Positions 29,626-40,144 of a DNA stretch of 64,000 nt are shown one piece after another. The notes under the pieces were generated by a model that made no database searches, had not been told where the DNA came from, and worked only from the letters and a program-made list of their open reading frames with translations. Numbering within the stretch: position 1 is the first letter of the stretch; every line of letters starts with the position of its first letter. The position numbers and the translations under genes are program-made. The DNA is from an uncultured Verrucomicrobiae bacterium (GTDB lineage: Bacteria; Verrucomicrobiota; Verrucomicrobiia; Chthoniobacterales; Chthoniobacteraceae): NCBI GenBank assembly GCA_963769025.1, contig CAVYKI010000006.1:160001-224000 (forward strand), read 5' to 3'.

Positions 29626-30484
29626 ATGGGACTCAAAACTTTCCGTCCGCTCACACCGACCAACCGCTTCAAGATTCTTCCCGACTTCGCCGAGATCACC
29701 AAGAAGAAGCCCGAGAAGAGCTTGGTCGAATCCAAGCCGAAAACCGGCGGCCGCAACAACACACGGCCGGCATCACGACGCGTCACATCGGTGGCGGTCA
29801 CAAGCAGAAGTATCGGATCATCGATTTCAAGCGCAAGACGCGCGGCGTCGTCGCCAATGTCATCGCGATCGAATACGATCCGAACCGCACGTGCCGCATC
29901 GCGTTGCTCGAATACCCGGACAAGACGAAGGCTTACATCCTCGCTCCTGTCGGCCTCGTCGTCGGTGACAAAGTGAGCGCCGGCCCCGGAATCGAAGCCG
30001 AAAGTCGGCAACGCGCTGCCCCTGCAGGAAATCCCGCTCGGTGCATCGATTCACAACGTCGAACTCGCAGCCGGGCCGCGGCGGACAGATGGCGCGCAGC
30101 GCCGGTGCGCAGGTCATCCTGAACAACCGCGAAGGTGATTTTGCACTGCTCAAGCTGCCCTCCGGCGAAATCCGCCGCGTCCACGTGAAGTGCTACGCGA
30201 CGATCGGCCAGGTCGGCAACGTCGAGCACATGAACGTGAGCTCCGGCAAGGCAGGACGCAGCCGCTGGCGCGGTGTCCGCCCGACGGTGCGCGGCATGGT
30301 GATGAACCCGGTCGATCACCCGATGGGTGGCGGACAGGGCAAGTCCAAGGGCGGTGGCGGACGCCATCACCCGATGAGCCCGTGGGGCCAGCTTTCGAAG
30401 GGATTCAAGACCCGCCGGAAGCACAAGCCGAGCGATCGCTTCATCCTGCAACGCAAGACCGCAACGAAGAAAGCAGCACTCTAA
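29626..30484 (+). CDS. rplB: 50S ribosomal protein L2 (frameshifted)
   Basis: [17 protein letters not shown] and [15 protein letters not shown]. Confidence 0.98.
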
Positions 30485-30490
30485 CCGACC

Positions 30491-30769
30491 ATGGGACGCA
30501 GCCTCAAAAAAGGACCGTTTGTCGAGCAGCACCTGCTCGAAAAAATCGACAAAATGAACGCCGCACCGGTGAAGAAGCCGATCAAGACCTGGTCGCGCCG
30601 CTCCACGGTCATTCCTGACTTCGTCGGGCACACGTTCCTCGTGCACAACGGGAAAGTTTTTAACTCGGTCTTCGTGACCGAAAACATGGTGGGGCATAAG
30701 CTTGGTGAATTTTCGCCCACGCGAATCTTCAAGAAGCACGGTGCCCATACCGCCAAGGTAGCGAAGTAG
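30491..30769 (+). CDS. rpsS: 30S ribosomal protein S19
   Basis: [14 protein letters not shown] and [11 protein letters not shown]. Confidence 0.99.
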   Translation: MGRSLKKGPFVEQHLLEKIDKMNAAPVKKPIKTWSRRSTVIPDFVGHTFLVHNGKVFNSVFVTENMVGHKLGEFSPTRIFKKHGAHTAKVAK

Positions 30770-30799
30770 CGGAAACGGCCGCGTGCCGGATTCTCAGCA

Positions 30800-31579
30800 A
30801 TGAAATCCATCGCGTCCGCCCTGCTATCCATCGCCCTTCTCGCGCCACTCGCGAGCGTCGGCCAGTCCGACGAACGTTCTTTGCCAACAACAGATTCTGA
30901 ATCCTCCGAGGTGACGGCACTCGTCGCCTTGGAAAAGCTCCTTGCTGAAAATCGGAAGCTGCGCGCAGACGTGGAGGATGCCAGGAAACTGGCCGCCGCC
31001 ACCACCGCCGAAGCCGAGATTTTCAAGCGCCAGGTGCAGGAACTCGCCCTTCGAATGGAGGCGCTGGGAACCAGCACGGCGGATCCTTCGAAACTCGAGC
31101 AGAGGCTCCTTCAGGCGGTCCATGACCTCCAGATTAGCGAGCGCAGCCGGAAAGCCTTGAGCACCCAACTGGTGCGCATGGCCGAACTGGCCCACGCGTT
31201 TCTCGAAAACCCGGATGCCGAGGCAAAGCTGGTCTTCCAAACCGAGCTGAAAAGCGCGGAGGAAATCCTCGTGAAGGCAGCCGTCGGTGATTTTGTCGCG
31301 CTTGAGCAAAAAGCGATGGAACCTGCTGCGGACCTGCAAAACGGGAAAGTCAGCGCAGTGAAGCCTGAACTGGGCTGCGTTGTCATCAACCTCGGGACCA
31401 AGCACGGCGTCAAAGTCGGCATGCCCTTCCAAGTGCGCCGCGGGACCCGGTTGGTTGCCACACTCAGGGTGGTGGATGCCAGGCAGGGCTTCGCAGGCAC
31501 CGTGATTCAGAATCTCGTTTCAGACAAAGACCCAATCAAACTGGGAGACACCGTGAAGGTGGACGCCCAAATCAACTAA
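30800..31579 (+). CDS. Hypothetical exported protein (signal peptide, long coiled coil, C-terminal beta domain) inserted in the S10 operon
   Basis: Intact 259-aa ORF filling the rpsS-rplV gap. N-terminus MKSIASALLSIALLAPLA. C-terminus VVINLGTKHGVKVGMPFQVRR...IKLGDTV. Confidence 0.8.
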   Translation: MKSIASALLSIALLAPLASVGQSDERSLPTTDSESSEVTALVALEKLLAENRKLRADVEDARKLAAATTAEAEIFKRQVQELALRMEALGTSTADPSKLEQRLLQAVHDLQISERSRKALSTQLVRMAELAHAFLENPDAEAKLVFQTELKSAEEILVKAAVGDFVALEQKAMEPAADLQNGKVSAVKPELGCVVINLGTKHGVKVGMPFQVRRGTRLVATLRVVDARQGFAGTVIQNLVSDKDPIKLGDTVKVDAQIN

Positions 31580-31610
31580 CTTTTTAACAACAACCAACGC
31601 CACTCACTAA

Positions 31611-32075
31611 ATGGAAGTAAAAGCCATCCAAAGATTCGTGCGCATGTCGGCCTTCAAGGTCCGGGATGTGACTCGCGAGATTCAGGGCCGCCCCGTAGCG
31701 GTCGCGCTGGATATTGTGGCGTTTAGCCCGAAGAAAGCCGCATTTCTCGTCCAGAAGACGCTCAAGAGCGCCATCGCCAACGCCGAGAACAACCACAACC
31801 TGCGCGCCGACAAGCTCGTCGTGAAGGAAGCGGTCGCCGGCGAATCCACGACGATCAAGCGCTTCACCCCGAAGGCCCGCGGAAGCGCGGGTCCGATCCG
31901 GAAGCGCACGAGCCACATTTTCATCACCCTTTCCGACGAAATCACCGTCAAGCAGCGGGAAAAGAAGAGCGGCAAGTCGGCTTCGAAGAAGGCGGCCAAG
32001 CCGGCAGCGAAGAAGTCTGCCGCGAAACCCGCAGAGCAGTCCGCTGAGAAACCTGCAGAGAAATCCAACGAATAA
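31611..32075 (+). CDS. rplV: 50S ribosomal protein L22 with Lys/Ala-rich C-terminal tail
   Basis: [11 protein letters not shown] and [15 protein letters not shown]. Confidence 0.98.
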   Translation: MEVKAIQRFVRMSAFKVRDVTREIQGRPVAVALDIVAFSPKKAAFLVQKTLKSAIANAENNHNLRADKLVVKEAVAGESTTIKRFTPKARGSAGPIRKRTSHIFITLSDEITVKQREKKSGKSASKKAAKPAAKKSAAKPAEQSAEKPAEKSNE

Positions 32076-32077
32076 CC

Positions 32078-32776
32078 ATGGGACAGAAAACCAATCCAAT
32101 CGGCTTCCGCCTTGCGGTTAACAAAGACTGGCGCTCCAAGTGGTTCGCGAGCCGCAAGGAATTTCCTGAATTTCTGGCGAGCGACATCAAGATCCGCACG
32201 TCGCTGAAGGAGAAACTTCGCCTCGCCGCGGTATCGAAGATCGTCATCGAGCGCGCTTGGAACAGCCTCCGCGTGACCATTCACACCGCCCGTCCGGGTA
32301 TCGTAATCGGACGCAAAGGTTCGGAAATCGAAAAGATGACCGAGGAAATCTCGAAGCTTTCCGGCGGCAAGCAGGTGAAGATCGACATCATCGAAATCAA
32401 GGCACCCGACCTCGACGCGCAGCTCGTCGCTGAGAACATCGCGATGCAGATGGAGCGCCGGATCAGCTTCCGCCGTGCGATGAAGAAGGCACTGCAGACT
32501 ACGATGGAGCAGGGTGCAAAGGGCATCAAAGTCCGTTGCGCCGGCCGTCTCGGTGGTGCGGAAATCAGCCGCTCTGAATGGTATCGCGAGGGAAGCATCC
32601 CGCTACACACGCTCCGCACGCCCATCGACTACGGCTTCGCCGAGGCGAGGACGACCTACGGAATCATCGGTGTGAAGTGCTGGATCTGCAAACCCGCCGC
32701 CATCGTCCAGGAAGAAAAGAAGGCCGTGACTTCGGGGGAAAGAACCGAATCCGCCGAGCAGCAGCCTGCTGCCTGA
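32078..32776 (+). CDS. rpsC: 30S ribosomal protein S3
   Basis: [22 protein letters not shown] and GRLGGAEI. Confidence 0.99.
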   Translation: MGQKTNPIGFRLAVNKDWRSKWFASRKEFPEFLASDIKIRTSLKEKLRLAAVSKIVIERAWNSLRVTIHTARPGIVIGRKGSEIEKMTEEISKLSGGKQVKIDIIEIKAPDLDAQLVAENIAMQMERRISFRRAMKKALQTTMEQGAKGIKVRCAGRLGGAEISRSEWYREGSIPLHTLRTPIDYGFAEARTTYGIIGVKCWICKPAAIVQEEKKAVTSGERTESAEQQPAA

Positions 32777-32809
32777 ACCAATTAGCAATTTTTTACCGGA
32801 GGAAAACCA

Positions 32810-33223
32810 ATGCCTTTGTTGCCAAAACGTGTGAAGTATCGGAAGACCCAGCGCGGCAGTCGCGCCGGAAAGGCTTCCCGTGCCATCAATCTTGATTTCG
32901 GTTCGTTTGGACTGCAGACGCTTGAGCGCGCCTGGATCACCAACACCCAGATCGAAGCAGCCCGTGTCGCGATGACCCGCAACATGAAACGCAAGGGCAA
33001 GATGTGGATCCGCATGTTCCCCGACAAGTCGGTGACTGCGCGCCCGCCCGAGACCCGAATGGGCAAGGGCAAAGGCCAGCCGGAATACTGGGTGGCCACG
33101 GTCCGCCCCGGAAACATCCTTTTTGAAATCGACGGCATCTCCGAGACGCTCGCACGCGAGTCGATGCGACTGGCCGCGGACAAGCTCCCGGTGCGCACGA
33201 AGTTTCTGACGCGCCACAACTAA
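32810..33223 (+). CDS. rplP: 50S ribosomal protein L16
   Basis: [16 protein letters not shown] and RMGKGKG. Confidence 0.99.
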   Translation: MPLLPKRVKYRKTQRGSRAGKASRAINLDFGSFGLQTLERAWITNTQIEAARVAMTRNMKRKGKMWIRMFPDKSVTARPPETRMGKGKGQPEYWVATVRPGNILFEIDGISETLARESMRLAADKLPVRTKFLTRHN

Positions 33224-33232
33224 TCGCCGAGC

Positions 33233-33442
33233 ATGAAGAACAAAGAAATCCGCGAACTGACGCCCGACGAATTGCGGGCCCGCAAACGTGAGCTGCGCGA
33301 GCAGATTTTCCACCTCCGCCTCCAGCAGGCTGGCGGACAGCTTGAGAAGCCGAGCGAACTCCGGTCGCTGCGCCGCGAAGTCGCACGCATCGAGACGGTG
33401 CTGACCCAAAAAAACAAGACCGCGGCAGCTGCCGCCAAGTAA
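33233..33442 (+). CDS. rpmC: 50S ribosomal protein L29
   Basis: FHLRLQ and LRREVARIET, at the expected position. Confidence 0.95.
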   Translation: MKNKEIRELTPDELRARKRELREQIFHLRLQQAGGQLEKPSELRSLRREVARIETVLTQKNKTAAAAAK

Positions 33443-33451
33443 ATCCATTCC

Positions 33452-33729
33452 ATGAGCGAAACTGCAACAGCTGAAACGCCAAAACGGGCTCTCCGCAAAG
33501 ACCCGCGTCGGCGAGGTCGTGTCGAACAAGATGCAAAAGACCGTGGTGGTGAAGACGACCATGCGTGTCCCGCACCCCAAGTTCGGCAAGATCATCAAGC
33601 AGCGTCAAAAAGTTCTACGCGCACGACGAGGAGCAGAAAGCCCAGATCGGCGATCTCGTCCGCATCGTGGAGACCCGCCCGCTGAGCAAGCTCAAGTGCT
33701 GGCGCGTAGTTGAAATTCTCAAGCACTAA
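33452..33729 (+). CDS. rpsQ: 30S ribosomal protein S17 (frameshifted)
   Basis: [16 protein letters not shown] and ETRPLSK..W. Confidence 0.96.
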
Positions 33730-33762
33730 CCGCAGCGCCCCGATAAGGGCCGCAATATTCCT

Positions 33763-34130
33763 ATGCTACAAATTCGATCCAGACTCGACGTTGCCGACAA
33801 CACCGGCGCCCGCATGGCCAAGATGATCGGCGTCATTGGCAAGCCGACGCTCAAGCGCGCACATCGGCGACGTCATCACCGCGCACATCCGCGAAGCGCA
33901 GGCCGGCGGACAGGTCAAGAAAGGGCGAGGTCGTGCGTGCAGTGGTCGTGCGGACGAAACAGGCGATCCGCCGCGAGGACGGCAGCTACCTTCGCTTCGA
34001 CAACAACGCGATCGTCATCATCGACAAGGATGAAAATCCCCGCGGCACCCGCATCTTCGGCCCCGTCGCCCGTGAACTTCGCGAGAAGAACTTCATGAAG
34101 ATCATCTCACTCGCTCCGGAGGTCCTCTGA
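33763..34130 (+). CDS. rplN: 50S ribosomal protein L14 (frameshifted)
   Basis: [24 protein letters not shown] and SLAPEVL. Confidence 0.98.
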
Positions 34131-34131
34131 A

Positions 34132-34425
34132 ATGTCCAACCGTCTTAGTTTCCACGTCAAGAAGGGTGACAACGTCACCGTGATCAGCGGCAACCACAAG
34201 GGTGCCAGCGGGCAAGGTGCTCGCCGTCCTGCCCAAGAAGCAGCAGGTGCTCGTCGAGGGGGTGCGCATCATCAAGAAGCACACCCGCAAGAGCCAGGAC
34301 AACCCGAATGGTGCCATCCTCGAGCGCGAAGGTCCGATTCATGTTTCCAACGTCAAGCTTCTCGAAAACGCGGAGCCCAAGAAAGCGGACTCCAAGAAGA
34401 AGCGGAGTCCAAGAAGAAAAAGTAA
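34132..34425 (+). CDS. rplX: 50S ribosomal protein L24 (frameshifted)
   Basis: [12 protein letters not shown] and EGPIHVSNV. Confidence 0.96.
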   Translation: MSNRLSFHVKKGDNVTVISGNHKGASGQGARRPAQEAAGARRGGAHHQEAHPQEPGQPEWCHPRARRSDSCFQRQASRKRGAQESGLQEEAESKKKK

Positions 34426-34428
34426 GCC

Positions 34429-35029
34429 ATGCCAGTCGAACTTCTACGAAGAATACAAAAACCGCGTAATCCCTGCGCTCAAGGCGACGCACGGATACAC
34501 GAACATCAACCAAGTCCCGAAGGTGGACAAAGTTGTGGTGAACACTTGCGTCAATCTCAACCAAGGCGATGCGAAGCAGGCGCTCGAAGACGCGAAGAAC
34601 GAACTGGCAACCGTCACGGGACAGAAGCCGGCCGAGACGCGCTCCAAGAAGGCCATCTCCAATTTCAAGCTCCGCAAAGATCAGGCGATCGGCGCCAAGG
34701 TTACGCTTCGTGGCCGCCGGATGTATGAATTTCTGGAGCGCCTGATCAAGACGGCGCTGCCGCGTATCCGCGATTTCCGTGGTGTCAGCACCCGCGCCTT
34801 CGACGGAAATGGAAACTACACACTCGGCGTCTCCGACCAGTCCATCTTCCCTGAAATCGAACTCGATCGCATCAAGCGCAACATTGGCTTCGATGTCACC
34901 ATCGTCACCACGGCTCGGACCGATGCGGAGGCAAAGAGCCTCCTGACCGAACTCGGGATGCCATTTTCAGACAAAGCCCGCCTCAAGCGCGCGCAACAGG
35001 AGCAACAGCAGGAGAAACCGACCGCTTAA
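34429..35029 (+). CDS. rplE: 50S ribosomal protein L5 (extra base just after the start codon)
   Basis: [19 protein letters not shown] and FDGNGNY. Confidence 0.97.
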
Positions 35030-35035
35030 CCAGAC

Positions 35036-35438
35036 ATGAGCGCACTCACCGATCCCATCGCAGATTTCCTCACCCGCCTTCGCAATGCCTGCGGTGCAGG
35101 CAAGACCGAGGTCCTCGCTCCCTACTCGAAGATGAAGGCGGAAATCGCCCGCATCCTGAAGCAGGAGGGCTACATCTCGAACTTTGAAGTCGAGACCGGC
35201 ACCGGGCCCAGGACCACAGTTGAAGGTGGTCAACAAATTCGTCAACCGCGCCCCGGCCATCACCGGCCTCAAGCGTGTATCCAAGCCCGGTCTCCGCCGC
35301 TATGTCGGCTCGACCGAGATTCCGCGCGTCCTCGGCGGAATCGGCATCAGCATCCTTTCGACGTCGAAAGGTCTGATGTCCGGTCGTGAGGCCAAAAAAC
35401 AGAACGTCGGCGGTGAATTGCTGGCGTTCGTCTGGTAA
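35036..35438 (+). CDS. rpsH: 30S ribosomal protein S8 (frameshift near 35200)
   Basis: [20 protein letters not shown] and STSKG..GGEL..VW. Confidence 0.98.
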
Positions 35439-35443
35439 AGACT

Positions 35444-35979
35444 ATGTCGCGAATCGGAAAAAAAATCATCGAACTGCCGGCCAAGGTGAGCGTCAAGATT
35501 GGCGCTGACGGCGCGGTCAACGTCGAAGGCCCGAAGGGCAAACTCGCTTGGACGCTGCCGAACGGTGTCACCGGTAAAGTCGAAGGCACGAAGGTGACCG
35601 TCGCGTGCGACTCGCACGCAGCTCGCGCGCTTCACGGCCTGAGTCGCGCCTTGATCAACAACATGGTCATCGGCGTGGCGGACGGATACGTGAAGGAATT
35701 GGAGATTCAGGGCGTTGGCTTCAAGGCCGCGTTGAAAGGCAATGTGCTCCAGCTCAACCTCGGGTATTCGCACGACATCAACCATCGCGATTCCCGAGGG
35801 AATCAAGGTTACGGTGACCGACAATACCAAGGTTCGCATCGAGGGCATTGACAAGAAAACTCGTGGGACAGGTGGCCGCCGATGTGCGCAGCTATTACCC
35901 GCCGGAACCCTACAAGGGCAAGGGTGTCCGCTATGTCGGCGAGAAAATCATCCGCAAGGAAGGCAAAACCGTCCAGTAA
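35444..35979 (+). CDS. rplF: 50S ribosomal protein L6 (frameshifted)
   Basis: MSRIGK, GPKGKL, LGYSH and [11 protein letters not shown]. Confidence 0.98.
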
Positions 35980-35982
35980 GCC

Positions 35983-36345
35983 ATGGCTAAGAATATCAAG
36001 AAAGAAAGCATCCAGATGCGCCACAAGCGCATCCGCAAGATTGTATCCGGCACCGCCGAGCGTCCGCGCCTCGCCGTGCATTTCAGCGGCAAGCACATCT
36101 ACGCGCAGGTCATCGACGACAGCGTCGGCAAGACCATCGCCAGTGCCAATACGACCGAAGCCGACCTCAAGACTCAAAAGCCGAAGGCCAACGCGGCTAC
36201 CGCCACGACCATCGGCAAGTTGGTCGCCGAGCGGGCGAAAGCCAAGAGCGTCGAGAAGGTTGTTTTTGACCGCGGCGGCTTCATCTATCACGGAAAAGTG
36301 AAGGCGCTGGCTGATGCTGCGCGCGAGGGTGGTTTGCAATTCTAA
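35983..36345 (+). CDS. rplR: 50S ribosomal protein L18
   Basis: [14 protein letters not shown] and [10 protein letters not shown]. Confidence 0.98.
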   Translation: MAKNIKKESIQMRHKRIRKIVSGTAERPRLAVHFSGKHIYAQVIDDSVGKTIASANTTEADLKTQKPKANAATATTIGKLVAERAKAKSVEKVVFDRGGFIYHGKVKALADAAREGGLQF

Positions 36346-36349
36346 TACT

Positions 36350-36958
36350 ATGGCTGCCAATTCAAGACCCGATTCCAACCGCGGCCCCAGGGGCCGTCGC
36401 CCGCAGCAAGCCCGCACGCCCTCGGAACCCGTGGACCGCGGCACAGTGCTCGAAGGCGTCTTCGCCGGACAGCCGCAGGCTGAGCTGATTGAAAAGCTCG
36501 TTTTCATCAACCGTTGCGCCAAGGTCGTCAAAGGCGGACGTCGCTTCAGCTTTAGCGCACTCCTTGTCATTGGCGACAAGCAGGGCCGTGTCGGCGTCGG
36601 ATTCGGCAAAGCGAATGAAGTCTCGGAAGCCATTCGGAAGGCCGGTGACAAAGGCCGGAAGAATCTCAAACGTTTCGCCATCAGCAGCACGACCATTCCG
36701 CACGAAGTCGTCGGCAACCACGGTGGAGGCCATGTCATTTTGAAGCCCGCGAGCCCTGGAACCGGAATCAAGGCGGGCGGTGCAGTCCGTGCCGTGTGTG
36801 ATGCGGTGGGTATCAAGAACATCCTGGCCAAGAGCCTGGGTTCCTCCAATCACGCGAATGTGCTCAAGGCGACGCTCGATGCACTTGCGAAGCTGCGGCA
36901 ACGCGATGCGGTGATGAAACTTCGCGGAATCGCCCCGAAACCCCAAGAGTCGAACTAG
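36350..36958 (+). CDS. rpsE: 30S ribosomal protein S5 with N-terminal extension
   Basis: INRCAKVVKGGRRFSF and PASPGTGI.AGG. Confidence 0.98.
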   Translation: MAANSRPDSNRGPRGRRPQQARTPSEPVDRGTVLEGVFAGQPQAELIEKLVFINRCAKVVKGGRRFSFSALLVIGDKQGRVGVGFGKANEVSEAIRKAGDKGRKNLKRFAISSTTIPHEVVGNHGGGHVILKPASPGTGIKAGGAVRAVCDAVGIKNILAKSLGSSNHANVLKATLDALAKLRQRDAVMKLRGIAPKPQESN

Positions 36959-37038
36959 CACCAACCAGGGATCTCCGAGGGTTGCGACCGCCAACCTGAA
37001 AGCGTAACGCGGAATACCCAATCCGAGAAAACCAAACG

Positions 37039-37482
37039 ATGAACCTCTCCAATCTCAAACCCCGTCCAGGTGCCAAGCACCGCGTGAAACGCCTCGGCTC
37101 CGGCGAGAGCAGCGGCAAAGGAAAGACCTCCGGCAAGGGCCACAAGGGCCAGAAGGCTCGAAGCGGCGGCAGCATCCGCCTTGGCTTCGAAGGTGGCCAG
37201 ATGCCGCTCATCCGCCGCGTCCCAAAGCGTGGATTCAACAACGCCCATTTCAAGACGCTTTGGGCGATCGTGAATCTCGATTCGCTCAACCGCTTCGACA
37301 ACGGCGCTGCCGTGGACGAGAACGCGCTTCTCGAGGCGAAGCTTATCCGCAAGCCATTTGAAGGCGTGAAAATCCTGGCATCCGGCGAATTGACAAAAAA
37401 GCTGTCCGTGGTGGCCGACAAGGCGAGCGCTGCTGCCAAGGCGGCCATCGAAAAAGCGGGCGGATCCCTCACGCTGAAGTGA
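37039..37482 (+). CDS. rplO: 50S ribosomal protein L15
   Basis: GKGHKGQKARSG and FEGGQMPL. Confidence 0.98.
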   Translation: MNLSNLKPRPGAKHRVKRLGSGESSGKGKTSGKGHKGQKARSGGSIRLGFEGGQMPLIRRVPKRGFNNAHFKTLWAIVNLDSLNRFDNGAAVDENALLEAKLIRKPFEGVKILASGELTKKLSVVADKASAAAKAAIEKAGGSLTLK

Positions 37483-37571
37483 GGACGCATGACGAGGCAC
37501 TGTGAGGATGGTCGTAACTGTCCCCCGAATGGCCTAGCTGGCCAAGCAAAGGTTCCTCCAAATTTCGCCGA

Positions 37572-39077
37572 ATGATTTCCGCCTTTTTTAACATCCGTAA
37601 GATCCCGGAGCTCCGGAACCGCGTGCTTTTCACGCTGCTCATGGTGCTGCTCTACCGGGTGGGATGTGCGATCACGTGTCCAGGCGTAAATGCAAGCGTA
37701 CTGAAGCATTACTTTGTGGAGAGGATGAGTGGCGGTGCGGAAGGCGGCGGTGCCATGGCACTGTTTAATATCTTTAGCGGTGGTGCGCTCGAACAATGTG
37801 CCGTGTTTTCGCTGGGGGTGATGCCCTATATCAGTGCGAGCATCATGATGCAGTTGCTGACGGCGGTGGTTCCTCAGCTAGGTAAGCTGTCAAAGGAAGA
37901 CGGCGGGCGCCAGAAGATCAGCCAGTACACGCGGTATGTCACGATCGTCCTCTGCGTATTTCAGGGATGGCTGATGACCAAGCAATTCGTTAGTCCGTCG
38001 GACTCGATTCTTCCCGGAATTAATGAGACGATGTCGCATTATGGACCGCTGGTTCCAGAGGCAGGTTTTTGGTTTGAACTCGTCTCGGTGCTCAGCCTGA
38101 CGGCGGGAACGATGCTGCTGATGTGGCTTGGCGACCAGATCACCGATCGTGGCGTCGGCAATGGCATGTCGCTGATTATCGCGGTCGGCATTGTTGCGCG
38201 CCTGCCCGCGGCGTTGGTGCAGGCTTGGAAGACGGTTGTTCCGACGGGTGCCGGTGTCGCGAATGTCGCGCCGATGAAGCTCGTTCTCATGCTCGCGTTT
38301 CTGGTGCTTGTAATCGCAGGCGTAATCTGTCTGACGCAGGCCCAGCGCCGCATCACGATTCAGTATGCGAAGCGTGTCGTTGGGCGGAAGGTGTACGGCG
38401 GAGTCGCCCAATACATGCCGTTGAAAGTCAATTATGCGGGCGTTATGCCGATCATCTTCGGACAGGCGCTGCTCGTGTTTCCGGCGACGATGATCACGAT
38501 GATCGCGCCTGACAACGCCACTGCCAAGCAATTCTCCGAAGCGCTGAACTCGGGATGGCCTCATTACGTTATCTATAGTATCCTGATTTTCTTCTTCAGC
38601 TACTTCTGGGTGGCAACTCAGTTCCAGCCGCAGCAGATTGCCGATGACCTGAAGAAGGCGGGCGGGTATATCCCTGGGGTGCGTCCCGGCAAGCCGACGG
38701 CTGATTTTCTCGACAATGCGATGACGAGGCTCACCTTTGCCGGAGCCATCTTCCTGCTCGTGATTGCGCTGTTGCCTGACATGATCAGCAAACAGGCAGG
38801 GATCCCGATGCTTGCTGCCCAATTCTTTGGCGGCACCAGTATCCTGATCGTCGTTGGCGTCGTGCTCGACACCATGCGCCAGATCGAAACGCATCTGCTG
38901 CAGCGGCATTACGATGGTTTTCTGCGCAAAGGAAAGCTCCGTGGTCGTTTCGAGCGTTCGCCCGAGCAGCGCGGAGAGGTCATCGCGAACACAACCCTCG
39001 TTTGGCTAGCCGTAGCTGTCGCCCTCGTTATTCTTGCCGGCATCGTGGCATTTTTGATGAGCCGCTATGCACGTTAG
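37572..39077 (+). CDS. secY: Preprotein translocase subunit SecY
   Basis: SLGVMPYISASI, GNGMSLII, PLKVNYAGVMPIIF, IPGVRPG and FGGTSILIVVGV. Confidence 0.98.
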   Translation: MISAFFNIRKIPELRNRVLFTLLMVLLYRVGCAITCPGVNASVLKHYFVERMSGGAEGGGAMALFNIFSGGALEQCAVFSLGVMPYISASIMMQLLTAVVPQLGKLSKEDGGRQKISQYTRYVTIVLCVFQGWLMTKQFVSPSDSILPGINETMSHYGPLVPEAGFWFELVSVLSLTAGTMLLMWLGDQITDRGVGNGMSLIIAVGIVARLPAALVQAWKTVVPTGAGVANVAPMKLVLMLAFLVLVIAGVICLTQAQRRITIQYAKRVVGRKVYGGVAQYMPLKVNYAGVMPIIFGQALLVFPATMITMIAPDNATAKQFSEALNSGWPHYVIYSILIFFFSYFWVATQFQPQQIADDLKKAGGYIPGVRPGKPTADFLDNAMTRLTFAGAIFLLVIALLPDMISKQAGIPMLAAQFFGGTSILIVVGVVLDTMRQIETHLLQRHYDGFLRKGKLRGRFERSPEQRGEVIANTTLVWLAVAVALVILAGIVAFLMSRYAR

Positions 39078-39130
39078 CCGGAGCCTGGCATGCCAATGAG
39101 CCGGCGTCTCCCGCGTCATTCACCCCGACG

Positions 39131-39895
39131 ATGATTCCCATCAAGTCCGAGCGCGACATTGAAAAGATGAGGGAGGCCTGCGCCAGCGCCGCCAAGGTAC
39201 TTGATAAATTGGGCTGTCTCGTTCGCCCTGGTGCGACCACGGGCGAAATCGACGAAGCAGCCGCCGACTTCGTAGCTGACGAAAAATGCCGCAGTGCCTT
39301 TCTCGGTTATCGAAACTTTCCCGGCAACATCTGCATTTCAGTCAATGAAGAAGTCGTCCACGGGATCGGCGGAACCCGTCGAATTCAGTACGGCGACATC
39401 GTCAAACTCGATGTTGGCGTCATCAAAAACGGTTGGGTGGGTGACACCGCCAAGACCGTGCCGGTCGGAGCAATCAAGCCCGCATGGTCCCGTCTGCTCG
39501 CGGTGACCGAGGATATCCTCGATCGCGTGATTCCGATGGCCACGGCGGGACTCCGCTTGGGTGACATCTCGGCGTTTATTGAGGACGAGGTCATTGCCAA
39601 CGGCTACAATGTCGTCCGCGAATTTGTCGGGCACGGCGTCGGCCGCAACTTGCACGAAGAACCGCAGATCCCGAACTTCGGGCGCGCCGGCACCGGGCCG
39701 CGTCTGAAAGCGGGAATGACCCTCGCGATTGAGCCGATGGTAAATCTGGGCGGTGCCGCAGTCCGAACGCTTGAGGACGGATGGACGGTCGTGACCGCCG
39801 ATAGTTCGCCCAGCGCGCACTTCGAGCACACCGTGCTCATTACCAAGGGCGAAGCGCAAATCCTCACGTGGCGCGAGAAGGTTCTTGCCAAATAG
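39131..39895 (+). CDS. map: Methionine aminopeptidase type I
   Basis: SVNEEVVHG, DIVKLD..GD, GHGVG..HEEP, AIEPM and AHFEHT. Confidence 0.97.
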   Translation: MIPIKSERDIEKMREACASAAKVLDKLGCLVRPGATTGEIDEAAADFVADEKCRSAFLGYRNFPGNICISVNEEVVHGIGGTRRIQYGDIVKLDVGVIKNGWVGDTAKTVPVGAIKPAWSRLLAVTEDILDRVIPMATAGLRLGDISAFIEDEVIANGYNVVREFVGHGVGRNLHEEPQIPNFGRAGTGPRLKAGMTLAIEPMVNLGGAAVRTLEDGWTVVTADSSPSAHFEHTVLITKGEAQILTWREKVLAK

Positions 39896-40144
39896 CATGG
39901 ACCGTCTCCCCAAGATTGCTGTTCCGCCCACGTCGCTCAGGAGTGCAGTCGGGAAAACCTCCAGTTCCGTGAATTCGCATCTTGCCACGTTGCGAACTTC
40001 TGTTAGAAATACCCAGAACGGCATCACTGAAGACCGGTCAAGAACCGGTGCAAGTAAGCCGTGTAGCGCACGAGGCGCCTGCTCTCAAAGTTCAGGCACC
40101 CCGGGCGATTTTTTGTCCTCTCGAACGAAACCAACGAACTCATT

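Noticed and set aside
25505..35979. Frameshifts in fusA, rpsJ, rplD, rplW, rplB, rpsQ, rplN, rplX, rplE, rpsH and rplF (also accC, M28, M16, batA, secretin) as pseudogenes or programmed frameshifting
   Set aside because: They hit essential genes, are mostly single-base insertions without consistent slippery sites, and cluster in patches while the protein sequence stays conserved on both sides. This is typical of long-read consensus error; read mapping would confirm.
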